From Catajapyx aquilonaris (Eukaryota): 64,000 bases of DNA. Location: assembly GCA_000934665.2 (NCBI GenBank), contig KZ538160.1, forward strand, positions 1 to 64,000. The letters are read 5' to 3'. The notes under the pieces are model-generated. The model had not been told where the DNA came from and ran no database searches. It was given only the letters and a program-made list of their open reading frames with translations. Below, in pieces: positions 61,795 to 64,000 of this stretch. Position numbers and translations under genes: made by a program. Positions within the stretch are counted from its first letter, which is position 1. Each line of letters starts with the position of its first letter.

Positions 61795-64000
61795 TAATTT
61801 AGAAAAAATACCAGATTACTAGTCAGGTTAATAGGTTCTGTCCGCTTTTGGGACCCCCGGTGCTATGTCCATATAGGATCTGACCTGAAGCCATGTTTTT
61901 CTTCCATCCCGAATGCCGAGGGCAAGCGGCAGCGAAGCCCAATTCCGCAGTCGCCCAGCAGACTGAGAGATGCTGCCACAAGCCAGCCTCTGATGCGAAA
62001 AGACCCTCCCTTCTTCCCTCCCTAACCCATCTTCTCTTCCTTCCCCCCCCCCCCCCCCCTCCCNCCCAACAGTGGCTTCTTCTTTCTCGTGGAGGAGAAT
62101 CCCCTCCTTTTCATGCTCGGCCGAATTTTTGCTGAAGAGAGACTTCTTGGAGGAGTTTAATTCCCGGAAAGTCAATTTGAATGCGCCAGTGACCAAAGAC
62201 AAAAGCCTCGAACGCCCTTCCTTGCTGCAGAACCAACCGGATTAAAAGGCACAATGCAGGACCCGGAAGGAGGGAGGAGGGGGAAGGAGGAGGAGGTTTA
62301 GATAGGGGGCAGCTAGTGGGTAGGGGGTAGGAAGGGGTGCATGCATCCATGACTAGAAAACTCCGTCTTGTATTTATAGAGAGGATTAGTTACTCAAATT
62401 TTATTTCCTTAGATAAAGTACGGGGGGAATCCGGAGGCTTCATTAGCATAGCAATCAGATTACGTCAGGGCGGGAGGAGCAGGAGGGAGTCTAGTGGGAG
62501 GAGGTAGGTAGCGGGTGGTAGGTAAGGTTGGAAAAGTACTCTTAGGAATCCAAGTCAGGCCCAAGTTTGCGTGCCCGTGGGAAGGATTCGCTTTCGGCAT
62601 ACACTCACTACGTCAGATTCCGGGTTTCCCAAGTCTCCGGAGGATCCGTATAGTGGCTTTAGCCCCATGCATTAAAGCCTACGTTCGCTACTTTCACTAC
62701 TCACGCGCGCATACGCAGCTGCAACATATACGTGCAACAGAGGTAAATAATGCATGCTGATAGTACTCACTGCATATCCTATTACCAGACTGACGTATAC
62801 TGAATCTCATAAAACGGGTCCCTTTAGATTTGCCTAGGTCATGCTCGTATAGTATTACGCCTAGCTATAGAATCGTATAGTAGCCATCCCTGAGGTGTCC
62901 TTCTGTAAGCAAAACAAGCTGCTCCACTCCTTAAACTGGAAAACGTTATTGTTACCGTAAAGCTTTAAATGCGTAGCCGATATCCGTAGTAAAGTTGTGG
63001 AAAGTTATAGTCCACTTCTTTGCTACTATAGCGCCATCTGGCTAATTTTTGTGCGTGTTAGTGTACCATTCACATTGCAGCAACGTTTGTCACATCAGCA
63101 TCATCTCAACCAACTGATAAATGTCTGTGTCGCGCCCTGTATAAGAGCAGGTAGGTGGAAGAGGGGTTGGGAAGGAGGGGAGCCTAGTTAGTGCAGTACA
63201 TCAAGGGGAACAAGGCGGATGAGTTTCCGGTTGCCAACCTCCTCCGACTCATAATTCTTCTTTCCAGGGGAGGGGGAACGGACGCCGGCTATTTTATTAC
63301 GGAGCTATATTGGCAAAGGGGACGTATAGGAGCTGGAGTTTACTCATCAGCACACTGGGGAAGGAATGAGACCCAAGGGAGGTCCTTACACCACTCCTCC
63401 GGGCTCATCCCAACAATTCTATGCGTCTCGTGCCCAACATTCATTAAATACTTATTCAGCCTGTCCACTTGTCTCGCCAGCATGCAGAGAGCGCCAGCTA
63501 TATATTGTTACCAGACGCTGTACTGCCTTTGGACACAAGAAAAATAACCGTGAATGCTGGAGGGACAGTGATTGCAACGAGAAGAAGCTTGAATCCATTC
63601 CGCCATGTAGCATCCCTTCTTCTTTTTTTTTTTATCTGCCGCTATAGTCCCTCAGGCCAGCTTGCGCTTGCAAAAGCCGCTTTGTTTCTTTCCAAATCCT
63701 CTCTTTCAAATAAATAAAAAAAGGCAGCTTACATTTCGTCCGCGTATAACAGTACGGGGGGAGGATGAGAGGAGAAGGATTCGCGTATAGTCACGGAGTC
63801 AAATCAATACGAATGTTTCTGTTTCTCTTCTAGCGAATTATTAGGTTTACACTACACTGTGAGCCACTCAGATGAGTTTCTCAGGTAGTTTTTTTTAAAC
63901 AAATACCTTGTATGATTGGGCTTTATTTGTTGGAAAAATTGCAGTGTCACAGGATTGCTTCTTTTGAATAAGTCAAAAAGCCTTTCAGTGCTAATGAGAA

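Noticed and set aside
62793..62805. acgtatactgaat matches the first 13 nt of miR-iab-4-5p
   Set aside because: The match stops there and no complementary arm or hairpin is present.

Overview
Eukaryotic nuclear DNA from a draft assembly (N gaps at 7955-8155 and 46813-46831). The host is probably an arthropod; this is inferred only from the repeat families. I find no intact protein-coding gene, tRNA, rRNA or CRISPR array. The ORF track is almost all noise, palindrome mirror images or transposon remnants. The window is a transposon graveyard interleaved with GC/GA-rich non-repeat blocks that may be cis-regulatory. Supported elements: (1) a decayed Ty3/Gypsy element with gag, protease, integrase and a chromodomain but no RT (about 16040-17967, minus); (2) two solo LTRs of another family, both carrying a CTCF-like motif; (3) decayed mariner, rosa/DD41D-like, Harbinger, DIRS-like and Mag-like coding remnants; (4) four tRNA-headed SINE body types sharing two interchangeable 3' tails; (5) many MITEs with TA, 3-bp and 8-bp TSDs, including two independent three-level nests at the same site of one MITE family; (6) several short perfect hairpins and tandem repeats. 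All family names come from motif recall by eye, not database searches. Nothing here is demonstrably a new system. The best leads are the chromodomain retroelement, the modular SINE tails with covarying stems, the repeated same-site nesting and the CTCF-motif LTR family.
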